Origin: Pavona decussata
Lineage: Eukaryota
Assembly (NCBI GenBank): GCA_977016875.1
Contig: CDRNST010000443.1
Span: forward strand, 1 to 64,000
DNA length: 64,000 nucleotides
Reading direction: 5' to 3'
Shown here: one piece after another, positions 1 to 12,662 of the stretch
Numbering within the stretch: position 1 is the first letter of the stretch
How the letters are laid out: each line of letters begins with the position of its first letter
Notes under the pieces: model-generated
Seen by the model: only the letters and a program-made list of their open reading frames with translations
Told to the model about the DNA's origin: nothing
The model's database searches: none
Translations under genes and position numbers: made by a program

Positions 1-2239
1 CAGCGCTTGGCGTCAGACACATGTATTTGCTTCTATTTGTGATTGACTCATTGTGTTGTTTACAACTGTTGTGATTGGCCAGAGTAATTACTTTGGTTTT
101 GGTTTTACGACACTCAATTGGAAACCACTCTGTTGTCATTTTTCTTTTATCTGTTCACGTTTCCTGCTTTTGGGTTATTTTTCTTACCTGGGAGCTTGTA
201 GCTTTGGTTCAGTTTTAATATCGACTCGTTTATGCCTTACTTTAGTTGGAGCATTTCCATGGCAATTAATTATTTGGCTTGGCAGTCGTGACCATTGCAA
301 AGAACAACTGCTATATCATTTAGCTTCCAGTCCATAAGCATGACAGAGGGGTTGTATAACGTGGTTACATGCGCCATATTAACGTAGCGTGAAAACTATT
401 GCCGGTATAGATTACTGTGATTCTCGGTAGCGTCAGAGCTGATACTTTACTCACTGCAATTAGTTTTGATTTTTTTCTTGATTAAGTTATTGAAATTGCT
501 ACTTAGAAATGCTGCTGTCGCCTGATTACAGTACTAAAAGAAACTTAACGGCACTGGCCGCTGTTTTCATTGTATAACTTACCACCCGGTCAGGTGTCCA
601 GCGTGACACATGCAGCATTTTAACCCGGCGCACACCGTGCTGGTAACTTCTTGCTCTCCTATCTTGCATGAAGATCGGCACTTTTTGGAGACGGCAGACA
701 AGTCTTCAGCGCCACTGCCGCAGTCGGCTTGGGTAAGAAAATAAAAATTGTGTTAGAGTTACTCTGGTTACTCTCCTTCCAGCAGCCGCTTGTGCCAGAG
801 TCACGTAACGCTCCCCGTGACTCCGGCCCGAGCAGCTGCGAAGGAGACTATGTGAGAGTCGGATGAGATTAAAAATCCATAAGGGGAATCACTTGCTAGA
901 ATCTTCTTACATGTAGTTAGGACAACCAAGTCGTAGCAGTCCTCAACTATAAACATTGTGTTGGAGTCGGGATTAATCCTGTACGTAATTGTAACATATT
1001 GCAATTTGCTATTTGAATGATACCAACTCACTCCCTATTTAGATATTATTATCTTCATTCTTAATTTATAATGTATTAATTTCTTTATGTCAATTCTAAT
1101 CTGTATCCTCTGTAAAGCTGAGCTGAGGTAAATTAAAATACTTTTGAATTTTTAAACTTGAATTTCCTCAACGCTCATCAGCTCACTGCACATTTCACTG
1201 CTACTTCTCCATTCTGATTGCCAATTTTAATACCCTGACCTCTGTTTACATCTTCAGTTAGATCTGAGAACTTGGTGTTATATCAAGACTCTGAGTTCTC
1301 ATTATTTGTCTGTTTGACAATGTATTTCGGGAGTATTGTGAGGAGAAGTTACATATTGATCACTTCTAGGAGCCAAAATGCAAAGGGTTAAGATTAATTA
1401 CATAAATAGTTGTCAAAAATTTGTAACGGTTAGTTTATAAAATGTATGTTACTTAGCATACAAAACGTCAATTTATTTTAAAAATTCGTTGGTTGATCAT
1501 GTTTGTCACGGCGCTGTCAGTTGTGTTTCTTCACATTTTTTTTTAAATCAAGCTACGACGGCCTAAAAATGTTGTTGTTAGCAAAACAGGGACAGACAAA
1601 TCTGATATTTGTGAATTCCTTCCATAAACCATACATGATAATTATTAATCAATAATTAGTAATATTATTTAATTACTAATAAAGATTCTCGAAGATTGTA
1701 CAAAACAGACTTTTCGATGTCTCCATACACGACATTTATAAATCATGGTTTTGTAGTTCAGTTCTTGCATGTGAAGTAACTTCTTTTATTAAAAAACTTC
1801 ACACTAAATTCCATGATTTCATATTGTCGGCTTGGTATCTGAAAGCGTTTTGCCGAGCTTTAAATTGAGATATAGAGTGTCTAGGCGTTTCATCTTTCAA
1901 TGTTCTGTGGAGGTTGAATCATGTTTTAATTCTAACAGATGGAAAACAAAGCTGGTAACTTCTAAGATCCGTCTTACTTGCTCGTTTGTTGAAAAAGTCC
2001 TCCATAATGCGATTGGAATGATATAGACCATAGTGCTTGTTCGGCTTGTGCGGTTTGGCCAGAACCAATGCCACTTGGACAATAACAAAGGCCAAAATAA
2101 TCTGACTGAAATGAAAAAAAAAACGATATAAATATATATTAGTAAGGCAAAACGGAGCACAAGGAAACCAAACATAAACACATCACCGCTATTTAGTTTT
2201 CAAGATTGTAACACAATATAACCGCTCAGATCAAAATTA

Positions 2240-5200
2240 TAGTCCAGTCATCTAATGAAATTTTTATGGTCGAAGTCAAACTAATTGCAACAGAATCTCT
2301 GTCACTGCCAAATGATAGATAGTGGTGAACTTACCAACATACTAAAAGTTCCCCAAAATTCGTGTGGTGGAACATGCTTTAATTAAGCATTACAATATTT
2401 CGAGCCTGTACCACAGGGTACCCACGTCGTGGAAAGTAACAATAAATCGAAACACGCAAAATAAAGTTGTTTTGAGCAGTTCTCAGCCATCTTGATCTTC
2501 AATAAATGTTTAAGATGAACAAATATTTTATTAAAGTTGAAAATAAAATAATCAGATTAAAACAGATACGATTTAAGTGATCCCAGACTCCAACGGTATA
2601 GCATGGAGGCCTGGCAGTATTTAGTTCGTTTCGCTACATTGCCTGTAAGTTCTGTAGTCACAGACTTTTAGTTTTATTAGTGGACTTTTATGGTTTCTCT
2701 GCAATATCTACTTGCTCTTCTGATAGAGGGTCGTGCTGTGAGAAACGGTATAAGTCTGATTCATGTTCTACATTGCATTTTTATCATGCAAATTAAGGTT
2801 AATTTGTTTATGTAATCGCACGTGATCGAGTAAAATCTATAAGGATTAATTTTGCGGGAAAGGATTCTGCATAGATATTCCATCCATTTAATATTAAATG
2901 AACATTGCAGTTGAACGTAAAACTTTCCCGATATATGCAAATTTCGATAATGATTGAATTCTGGCGGACATAAAATAGCGACGTTAATTTGATATAGACC
3001 TTATGTAAAAACGTCGAAAACAGAAAGTTGTTTTCTTTCTTGAACTAATTTCATTCAAGGAGTCAGTACAGCAGTACAGAGATGGCTATTAAGTGCCGAA
3101 AAGTGAACTACGGACTAATTAATCTTGAAGTTTTGATTAACTAAAACTGTCAACAAATCATCCAGCTAGCAGCTAGAGTGGCTTTCTTGTGCATGCAGCC
3201 AGCTTTCGACTGGGTTTTCAAAGTCCTCATACTACTTGATAAATTAAAAACCAGCATCGTGTATTTGATGCACAACTGGTTCATAACAGTTTCTTCGCGG
3301 TAAATTCGCAAATGCTTTTCTGTGGTGAAAATTACGAAAATATGGAATTAAAAAAGGTGAAAAAGAAAAGTTGGAATTCCCTTGGGGAACGGGGGTCTAA
3401 AGTGAAAAACCTTCCGTAAGGGGGGGGGGGGGGGGTATGGATATTTCTGGAACCACACAATACCCTTACGTTTAATAATTTCCAAACAGAATTAGTTATT
3501 GAAATGTTAATATTATTTCTTCCAAAGGAATTTTTTCTACGAAGACGTACGCAACTACACTGCATCATGGATTGCTGCTTTTGCAGCGAGTCCGTAGACA
3601 ATGGAGACCTCACGGTCACTTTGACGGAAAAGGGTTTTTTTTTAATCATCTTTATTTTTTTTTCTTTTCAAAGGATATGTGCGATAATACATATTACAAT
3701 ACTAACATAAAGCTATTGATAGTAATATTGCATTGTCAACAAAATATTACATAGTAATATAACAGAAATATTACATAGTATTATAACGTTAAGTTTACAA
3801 CTCACAAAACAACAAAGTTTACAGGTTCTACATAAATTAAGATACAGGAACTTTACAGAAAACGATCTTATATATACAATCAACAAAAATGTGCAAAATT
3901 CTGCCATTTAGCAAAGAAAAGTTTCTGTTGGCCCGAGGTGACGGAAAAGGGTTGCAGAAACATTAATGGCATAAGCCAGACACTCGACCAATGTACAATC
4001 CAGGTGAAAACTGGCCAATGCGTACATAAGAAATGCCGTCTTGATTTCATCAGGTCCAAAAGAACAGGAAGCCGTAATGTTGATCAGAACTAAGGAAAAC
4101 TATCGCTCGCCGGTCCACCACATCTAGGTTTGTTTTTAAGGAACACTGTTTTTTCTGTGGCCAACCCGCAAAGTACGAGGGCCGAAAACGAGGCTACGAG
4201 GTTATCCCGGTGCGTACGAAAGACTTCCAGGATAAAATACAAGAAGCCTGCAAAGTGAGGAATGATGAATGGGTGGAAACGGTCCAGGGGAGATTAGAGT
4301 TTGCACAAGATCTACATGCTGCTGACGCTGTGTACCACCAAGCGTGCAGTGTCAACTTTCGGACGGGAAAACAGATTCCGAAGAAGCATGGGAATGATAC
4401 TGATTCAAAGCGTGCAAAGGGACGTCCTATGGACACAGTTAAATCTAAAGCGTTCTTAAAAGTAACAGAGTTTCTTGTAGAAAACGACGAAGAACAAATT
4501 ACAATACCTGATCTCGTTGGCAAGATGCAAGAGTATCTCGAGGGAACTGGGGAACCCCCCTACAGTTCTGTGTACATGAAGGAAAAGTTACAGGAACACT
4601 TTGGCGAGAAAATAGTGATGATAACTGTGAATAATCAAAACGTCGTAACCTTCCATAGCACAGCCGAATCAATAATAAGTAGGTAGACGACTTCGAGGTA
4701 GAGAAAGCCAGGATAGTGAAGACAGCGGTCAAACTTATCACGACTGACATAAAGAACTTAAATGCTTCAAACACAACTTACCCGTGTAGTGGAGAAATGT
4801 CCTCTGTTGATCAGGCTTTAGCATTCATCCCTAAATTACTTGAGATATTCCTGGAAAATATCTTTGTAGGCAAGGATACCAGTTTAAAGCTTGCATCAAT
4901 TGGACAAGCCATCATCCAGGCTGCAAGGCCTAAAGCTGTCATAGCTCCTCTCCAGCTCGGATTAGGCATACAGATACACCACCATTTTGCGTCAAAGTTT
5001 TTGATAGACTCCCTCAGCTCACATGGATTTTGCTCACCATACACGGTTGTCCAGAAGTATGAGCGAAGCGCGGCAGTAAATCAAGGAACAGATATTCCCG
5101 GTTATACACCAGACACCTTTGTTCAGTACGTCGCGGACAATGTCGACGGTGCACTTAACGCAATGCTTGCTTCCAAAACCTTCAATGTACCTCTTCCGGT

Positions 5201-5267
5201 AAAAAGCACAAAGGATCCGGGCTCTGCCGAAAGCGAAGAAGTTAGTCCAGCCTGCAGTACTACCCAG
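2240..5267 (+). mobile_element. 3'-truncated Academ copy (left TIR plus 5' part of transposase gene)
   Basis: Same sequence as 17030-20058; ends at the tandem-duplication junction. Confidence 0.93.
3567..5267 (+). pseudogene. Truncated Academ transposase gene, tandem copy
   Basis: Same as 18358-20058. Confidence 0.85.
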
Positions 5268-5424
5268 ACCTGCCGGGTTGAAGACGGCGATTTTAGCCAT
5301 TTGAAGGGTTCGGCGTTGAACGTTCACTCGAGCGTACGCTCGAGTGAACTCTTTTTTATGCAAATAAATTCTTTTGTTTCAGTAAACCAATACGGCCGGT
5401 AGTCACGTGAATGAAAACGCTCTA
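5268..5424. mobile_element. Truncated MITE-like end at the duplication junction (copy 12663-12819)
   Basis: Ends ...GTCACGTGAATGAAAACGCTCTA, which resembles an abundant cnidarian MITE terminus (recalled, not searched); contains a 28-bp perfect palindrome. Confidence 0.6.
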
Positions 5425-7241
5425 TATATTGAAACACTCACATGATATGTGAAAGTACAGGTCAGAAGAAATTTGCAGGCAACTTTCCTGCTGTTGTGGA
5501 CCTGCTGACACCCTAACTTGCAAAATTCTCTAATGTAACCATCACTGATTACTGTGAGTCAAAAAGCTCTTGTGGCAATCCTATTTGGTTTGTGTTATTA
5601 ACTAATTGTAATACTATTATTGAGCAATTTTTTTAAACATCACTTGTAAATATGCTTTGACTGCACCTTTGTGTAGACTTGCAGTGAATATTATGCATGA
5701 AAGTTATCTTCTGGGACAAGTCAAGATAATATCCACAATTTAAACCATATTAGTTTGTACTAAAGAGAACAAATAAACCAAACTGACAAAATTATGAGAC
5801 AGTATTTTGCCCAATACCCTATTCTAAAGAGTGTGGAAAACTACCAGTGCTTGGTAAATTTCATCTTTGTGTTTGAATTATTAATTTTCTATTTGTGCCT
5901 TCTTTTGTTTTCTTGGCAAAGTCTGTTATATGGACAGCCAATTTTATAGCATTTTTTGTACAACATAATAAATTTCTAACAAAAGTATTGCACTGTTTTG
6001 GTATATACCAGAGAAAGTACAAAGGCGTCAACAAGGTCACCTAAGCACACCATGGTAAATAGCACTACCCATGGTAAATAATGCAATAGTAAATCTCACT
6101 TAGCTTTTAGTTTAGATCTGTCAACAACACCTCCTGAACCTTAAAATATTGAGATCTGTATTATTAGGGTTAGTTTAGGGAAGCATGAAGGCATTTTTCA
6201 CAGAAGATACCTTTGTCCAGAAGAATGGGCCACTCGCCAGGATCTTACACTAAGGTTTACATTGTACATAATGTGCAAATTTATAAATGAAAAGGAGAGG
6301 AGGTCAGAACTGCCAGCAAATTTTTGCAATATTTAGCATTGATATCATATCAAATATATGACGAGTAGGTACTGGTAATGCATGCAGACTGTGTGTGTGT
6401 GTGTTGCTGTCATACCCATGTCAACAAGAACCACAATGCTGCAGGCATGGTGAGAGTAGACAGCAAGACTGGCCTCTGACTTCAACGGTAAACTTATCTT
6501 TATGCAGGGAAGGCTTTTGGCCAGTGGGATCATAGAGAGGGCCACAGCAAAAGGCATATACCTTTAAATTTGATCCTAGAAACTGCCAACATAGCTGATA
6601 GGAGAGTCTTCAATAAAATCTCCTGGATATAGGTCAAGCACATTATTTATAAACAGTGAAGGGATTATGGAAATTGTTTACTAATGGCAAATTATTTTAT
6701 TGGCTTGTTCATAGTGAGGGAGATTTGAGTGTTATTTCATAACAACAACAACAAAAACAAAACAAAAAAGCCCCCTCCCAAAAGGTGGCTACAGAAATTG
6801 AGCACATTTTGAGACTTTCTAGGCTGAAGGAATATGCTAGTCATTAACAAGACTTCAGTTAGGGTTCATCACTAGAAATTATGTATGTATGTATGTATGC
6901 ATGTATGTATGTATGAGATCTAAACGACCCAAAGAAAGTGGAACTTCAACTCTGACATACTTTGTTTACCAAAATGGCCTTTAATTTTTCATTTTGTCAC
7001 CTGATACACACAATGCACTAAATAGTGCCTCACACTACTGTTGCGACAAAACTGCGGTACTGCTGATGGCCGCCACACTCGTGCATCCTGTTCAGAAATA
7101 ACTAAAACCCCGACATTTCTGGGGTACTGTAAAAAAAAAAAGAGAGCCATCTCTATTTAGAATTAGAGTACTTGACTAACCTTTGGAAAAGAATTTACTC
7201 CATTATCACCTGTATCATAAATTAATTGACGTAACATTTAT

Positions 7242-7527
7242 TAGAGCGGTTTTCAATTGAGTGTCGAAAACAATAACACGTTTGATTTGGTTTTGCATTA
7301 CTACGCTCTGTGATCGGTTAACAAAACTCGCGCTACTTTCTTAACCAATGGGAATACAAACCAAAACCAATCGCGTTTTCGCCACACGCGTTTCCCAGCG
7401 CTTGGCGTCAGACACATGTATTTGCTTCTATTTGTGATTGACTCATTGTGTTGTTTACAACTGTTGTGATTGGCCAGAGTAATTACTTTGGTTTTGGTTT
7501 TACGACACTCAATTGGAAACCACTCTG
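7242..7527. mobile_element. MITE with TAGAGCGGTTTTCAATTGAGTGTCG TIRs (copies 1-132 partial, 14637-14922, and 31163-31896 interrupted by a LINE)
   Basis: Right end CGACACTCAATTGGAAACCACTCTG is the inverse of the left end. Confidence 0.85.
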
Positions 7528-9634
7528 TTGTCATTTTTCTTTTATCTGTTCACGTTTCCTGCTTTTGGGTTATTTTTCTTACCTGGGAGCTTGTAGCTTT
7601 GGTTCAGTTTTAATATCGACTCGTTTATGCCTTACTTTAGTTGGAGCATTTCCATGGCAATTAATTATTTGGCTTGGCAGTCGTGACCATTGCAAAGAAC
7701 AACTGCTATATCATTTAGCTTCCAGTCCATAAGCATGACAGAGGGGTTGTATAACGTGGTTACATGCGCCATATTAACGTAGCGTGAAAACTATTGCCGG
7801 TATAGATTACTGTGATTCTCGGTAGCGTCAGAGCTGATACTTTACTCACTGCAATTAGTTTTGATTTTTTTCTTGATTAAGTTATTGAAATTGCTACTTA
7901 GAAATGCTGCTGTCGCCTGATTACAGTACTAAAAGAAACTTAACGGCACTGGCCGCTGTTTTCATTGTATAACTTACCACCCGGTCAGGTGTCCAGCGTG
8001 ACACATGCAGCATTTTAACCCGGCGCACACCGTGCTGGTAACTTCTTGCTCTCCTATCTTGCATGAAGATCGGCACTTTTTGGAGACGGCAGACAAGTCT
8101 TCAGCGCCACTGCCGCAGTCGGCTTGGGTAAGAAAATAAAAATTGTGTTAGAGTTACTCTGGTTACTCTCCTTCCAGCAGCCGCTTGTGCCAGAGTCACG
8201 TAACGCTCCCCGTGACTCCGGCCCGAGCAGCTGCGAAGGAGACTATGTGAGAGTCGGATGAGATTAAAAATCCATAAGGGGAATCACTTGCTAGAATCTT
8301 CTTACATGTAGTTAGGACAACCAAGTCGTAGCAGTCCTCAACTATAAACATTGTGTTGGAGTCGGGATTAATCCTGTACGTAATTGTAACATATTGCAAT
8401 TTGCTATTTGAATGATACCAACTCACTCCCTATTTAGATATTATTATCTTCATTCTTAATTTATAATGTATTAATTTCTTTATGTCAATTCTAATCTGTA
8501 TCCTCTGTAAAGCTGAGCTGAGGTAAATTAAAATACTTTTGAATTTTTAAACTTGAATTTCCTCAACGCTCATCAGCTCACTGCACATTTCACTGCTACT
8601 TCTCCATTCTGATTGCCAATTTTAATACCCTGACCTCTGTTTACATCTTCAGTTAGATCTGAGAACTTGGTGTTATATCAAGACTCTGAGTTCTCATTAT
8701 TTGTCTGTTTGACAATGTATTTCGGGAGTATTGTGAGGAGAAGTTACATATTGATCACTTCTAGGAGCCAAAATGCAAAGGGTTAAGATTAATTACATAA
8801 ATAGTTGTCAAAAATTTGTAACGGTTAGTTTATAAAATGTATGTTACTTAGCATACAAAACGTCAATTTATTTTAAAAATTCGTTGGTTGATCATGTTTG
8901 TCACGGCGCTGTCAGTTGTGTTTCTTCACATTTTTTTTTAAATCAAGCTACGACGGCCTAAAAATGTTGTTGTTAGCAAAACAGGGACAGACAAATCTGA
9001 TATTTGTGAATTCCTTCCATAAACCATACATGATAATTATTAATCAATAATTAGTAATATTATTTAATTACTAATAAAGATTCTCGAAGATTGTACAAAA
9101 CAGACTTTTCGATGTCTCCATACACGACATTTATAAATCATGGTTTTGTAGTTCAGTTCTTGCATGTGAAGTAACTTCTTTTATTAAAAAACTTCACACT
9201 AAATTCCATGATTTCATATTGTCGGCTTGGTATCTGAAAGCGTTTTGCCGAGCTTTAAATTGAGATATAGAGTGTCTAGGCGTTTCATCTTTCAATGTTC
9301 TGTGGAGGTTGAATCATGTTTTAATTCTAACAGATGGAAAACAAAGCTGGTAACTTCTAAGATCCGTCTTACTTGCTCGTTTGTTGAAAAAGTCCTCCAT
9401 AATGCGATTGGAATGATATAGACCATAGTGCTTGTTCGGCTTGTGCGGTTTGGCCAGAACCAATGCCACTTGGACAATAACAAAGGCCAAAATAATCTGA
9501 CTGAAATGAAAAAAAAAACGATATAAATATATATTAGTAAGGCAAAACGGAGCACAAGGAAACCAAACATAAACACATCACCGCTATTTAGTTTTCAAGA
9601 TTGTAACACAATATAACCGCTCAGATCAAAATTA

Positions 9635-12600
9635 TAGTCCAGTCATCTAATGAAATTTTTATGGTCGAAGTCAAACTAATTGCAACAGAATCTCTGTCAC
9701 TGCCAAATGATAGATAGTGGTGAACTTACCAACATACTAAAAGTTCCCCAAAATTCGTGTGGTGGAACATGCTTTAATTAAGCATTACAATATTTCGAGC
9801 CTGTACCACAGGGTACCCACGTCGTGGAAAGTAACAATAAATCGAAACACGCAAAATAAAGTTGTTTTGAGCAGTTCTCAGCCATCTTGATCTTCAATAA
9901 ATGTTTAAGATGAACAAATATTTTATTAAAGTTGAAAATAAAATAATCAGATTAAAACAGATACGATTTAAGTGATCCCAGACTCCAACGGTATAGCATG
10001 GAGGCCTGGCAGTATTTAGTTCGTTTCGCTACATTGCCTGTAAGTTCTGTAGTCACAGACTTTTAGTTTTATTAGTGGACTTTTATGGTTTCTCTGCAAT
10101 ATCTACTTGCTCTTCTGATAGAGGGTCGTGCTGTGAGAAACGGTATAAGTCTGATTCATGTTCTACATTGCATTTTTATCATGCAAATTAAGGTTAATTT
10201 GTTTATGTAATCGCACGTGATCGAGTAAAATCTATAAGGATTAATTTTGCGGGAAAGGATTCTGCATAGATATTCCATCCATTTAATATTAAATGAACAT
10301 TGCAGTTGAACGTAAAACTTTCCCGATATATGCAAATTTCGATAATGATTGAATTCTGGCGGACATAAAATAGCGACGTTAATTTGATATAGACCTTATG
10401 TAAAAACGTCGAAAACAGAAAGTTGTTTTCTTTCTTGAACTAATTTCATTCAAGGAGTCAGTACAGCAGTACAGAGATGGCTATTAAGTGCCGAAAAGTG
10501 AACTACGGACTAATTAATCTTGAAGTTTTGATTAACTAAAACTGTCAACAAATCATCCAGCTAGCAGCTAGAGTGGCTTTCTTGTGCATGCAGCCAGCTT
10601 TCGACTGGGTTTTCAAAGTCCTCATACTACTTGATAAATTAAAAACCAGCATCGTGTATTTGATGCACAACTGGTTCATAACAGTTTCTTCGCGGTAAAT
10701 TCGCAAATGCTTTTCTGTGGTGAAAATTACGAAAATATGGAATTAAAAAAGGTGAAAAAGAAAAGTTGGAATTCCCTTGGGGAACGGGGGTCTAAAGTGA
10801 AAAACCTTCCGTAAGGGGGGGGGGGGGGGGTATGGATATTTCTGGAACCACACAATACCCTTACGTTTAATAATTTCCAAACAGAATTAGTTATTGAAAT
10901 GTTAATATTATTTCTTCCAAAGGAATTTTTTCTACGAAGACGTACGCAACTACACTGCATCATGGATTGCTGCTTTTGCAGCGAGTCCGTAGACAATGGA
11001 GACCTCACGGTCACTTTGACGGAAAAGGGTTTTTTTTTAATCATCTTTATTTTTTTTTCTTTTCAAAGGATATGTGCGATAATACATATTACAATACTAA
11101 CATAAAGCTATTGATAGTAATATTGCATTGTCAACAAAATATTACATAGTAATATAACAGAAATATTACATAGTATTATAACGTTAAGTTTACAACTCAC
11201 AAAACAACAAAGTTTACAGGTTCTACATAAATTAAGATACAGGAACTTTACAGAAAACGATCTTATATATACAATCAACAAAAATGTGCAAAATTCTGCC
11301 ATTTAGCAAAGAAAAGTTTCTGTTGGCCCGAGGTGACGGAAAAGGGTTGCAGAAACATTAATGGCATAAGCCAGACACTCGACCAATGTACAATCCAGGT
11401 GAAAACTGGCCAATGCGTACATAAGAAATGCCGTCTTGATTTCATCAGGTCCAAAAGAACAGGAAGCCGTAATGTTGATCAGAACTAAGGAAAACTATCG
11501 CTCGCCGGTCCACCACATCTAGGTTTGTTTTTAAGGAACACTGTTTTTTCTGTGGCCAACCCGCAAAGTACGAGGGCCGAAAACGAGGCTACGAGGTTAT
11601 CCCGGTGCGTACGAAAGACTTCCAGGATAAAATACAAGAAGCCTGCAAAGTGAGGAATGATGAATGGGTGGAAACGGTCCAGGGGAGATTAGAGTTTGCA
11701 CAAGATCTACATGCTGCTGACGCTGTGTACCACCAAGCGTGCAGTGTCAACTTTCGGACGGGAAAACAGATTCCGAAGAAGCATGGGAATGATACTGATT
11801 CAAAGCGTGCAAAGGGACGTCCTATGGACACAGTTAAATCTAAAGCGTTCTTAAAAGTAACAGAGTTTCTTGTAGAAAACGACGAAGAACAAATTACAAT
11901 ACCTGATCTCGTTGGCAAGATGCAAGAGTATCTCGAGGGAACTGGGGAACCCCCCTACAGTTCTGTGTACATGAAGGAAAAGTTACAGGAACACTTTGGC
12001 GAGAAAATAGTGATGATAACTGTGAATAATCAAAACGTCGTAACCTTCCATAGCACAGCCGAATCAATAATAAGTAGGTAGACGACTTCGAGGTAGAGAA
12101 AGCCAGGATAGTGAAGACAGCGGTCAAACTTATCACGACTGACATAAAGAACTTAAATGCTTCAAACACAACTTACCCGTGTAGTGGAGAAATGTCCTCT
12201 GTTGATCAGGCTTTAGCATTCATCCCTAAATTACTTGAGATATTCCTGGAAAATATCTTTGTAGGCAAGGATACCAGTTTAAAGCTTGCATCAATTGGAC
12301 AAGCCATCATCCAGGCTGCAAGGCCTAAAGCTGTCATAGCTCCTCTCCAGCTCGGATTAGGCATACAGATACACCACCATTTTGCGTCAAAGTTTTTGAT
12401 AGACTCCCTCAGCTCACATGGATTTTGCTCACCATACACGGTTGTCCAGAAGTATGAGCGAAGCGCGGCAGTAAATCAAGGAACAGATATTCCCGGTTAT
12501 ACACCAGACACCTTTGTTCAGTACGTCGCGGACAATGTCGACGGTGCACTTAACGCAATGCTTGCTTCCAAAACCTTCAATGTACCTCTTCCGGTAAAAA

Positions 12601-12662
12601 GCACAAAGGATCCGGGCTCTGCCGAAAGCGAAGAAGTTAGTCCAGCCTGCAGTACTACCCAG
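9635..12662 (+). mobile_element. 3'-truncated Academ copy (left TIR plus 5' part of transposase gene)
   Basis: Same sequence as 17030-20058; ends at the tandem-duplication junction. Confidence 0.93.
10962..12662 (+). pseudogene. Truncated Academ transposase gene, tandem copy
   Basis: Same as 18358-20058. Confidence 0.85.

Noticed and set aside
53-3907. Short ORFs (60-105 aa) in the tandem unit and their copies
   Set aside because: They overlap MITEs, LINE UTR or AT-rich DNA, often start at non-ATG codons, and are frameshifted in the paralogue at 31.6-34 kb.
5243-5250. TAGTCCAG, an 8-bp match to the Academ terminus 17 bp before the duplication breakpoint
   Set aside because: The orientation and position are wrong for a transposase cut at 5267, and an 8-bp match is plausible by chance.
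6380-6690. Coding-like stretch (CHTHVNKNHNAAGMVRVDSKTG...)
   Set aside because: It has multiple stops and no family I can name, so it is unsupported without a database search.
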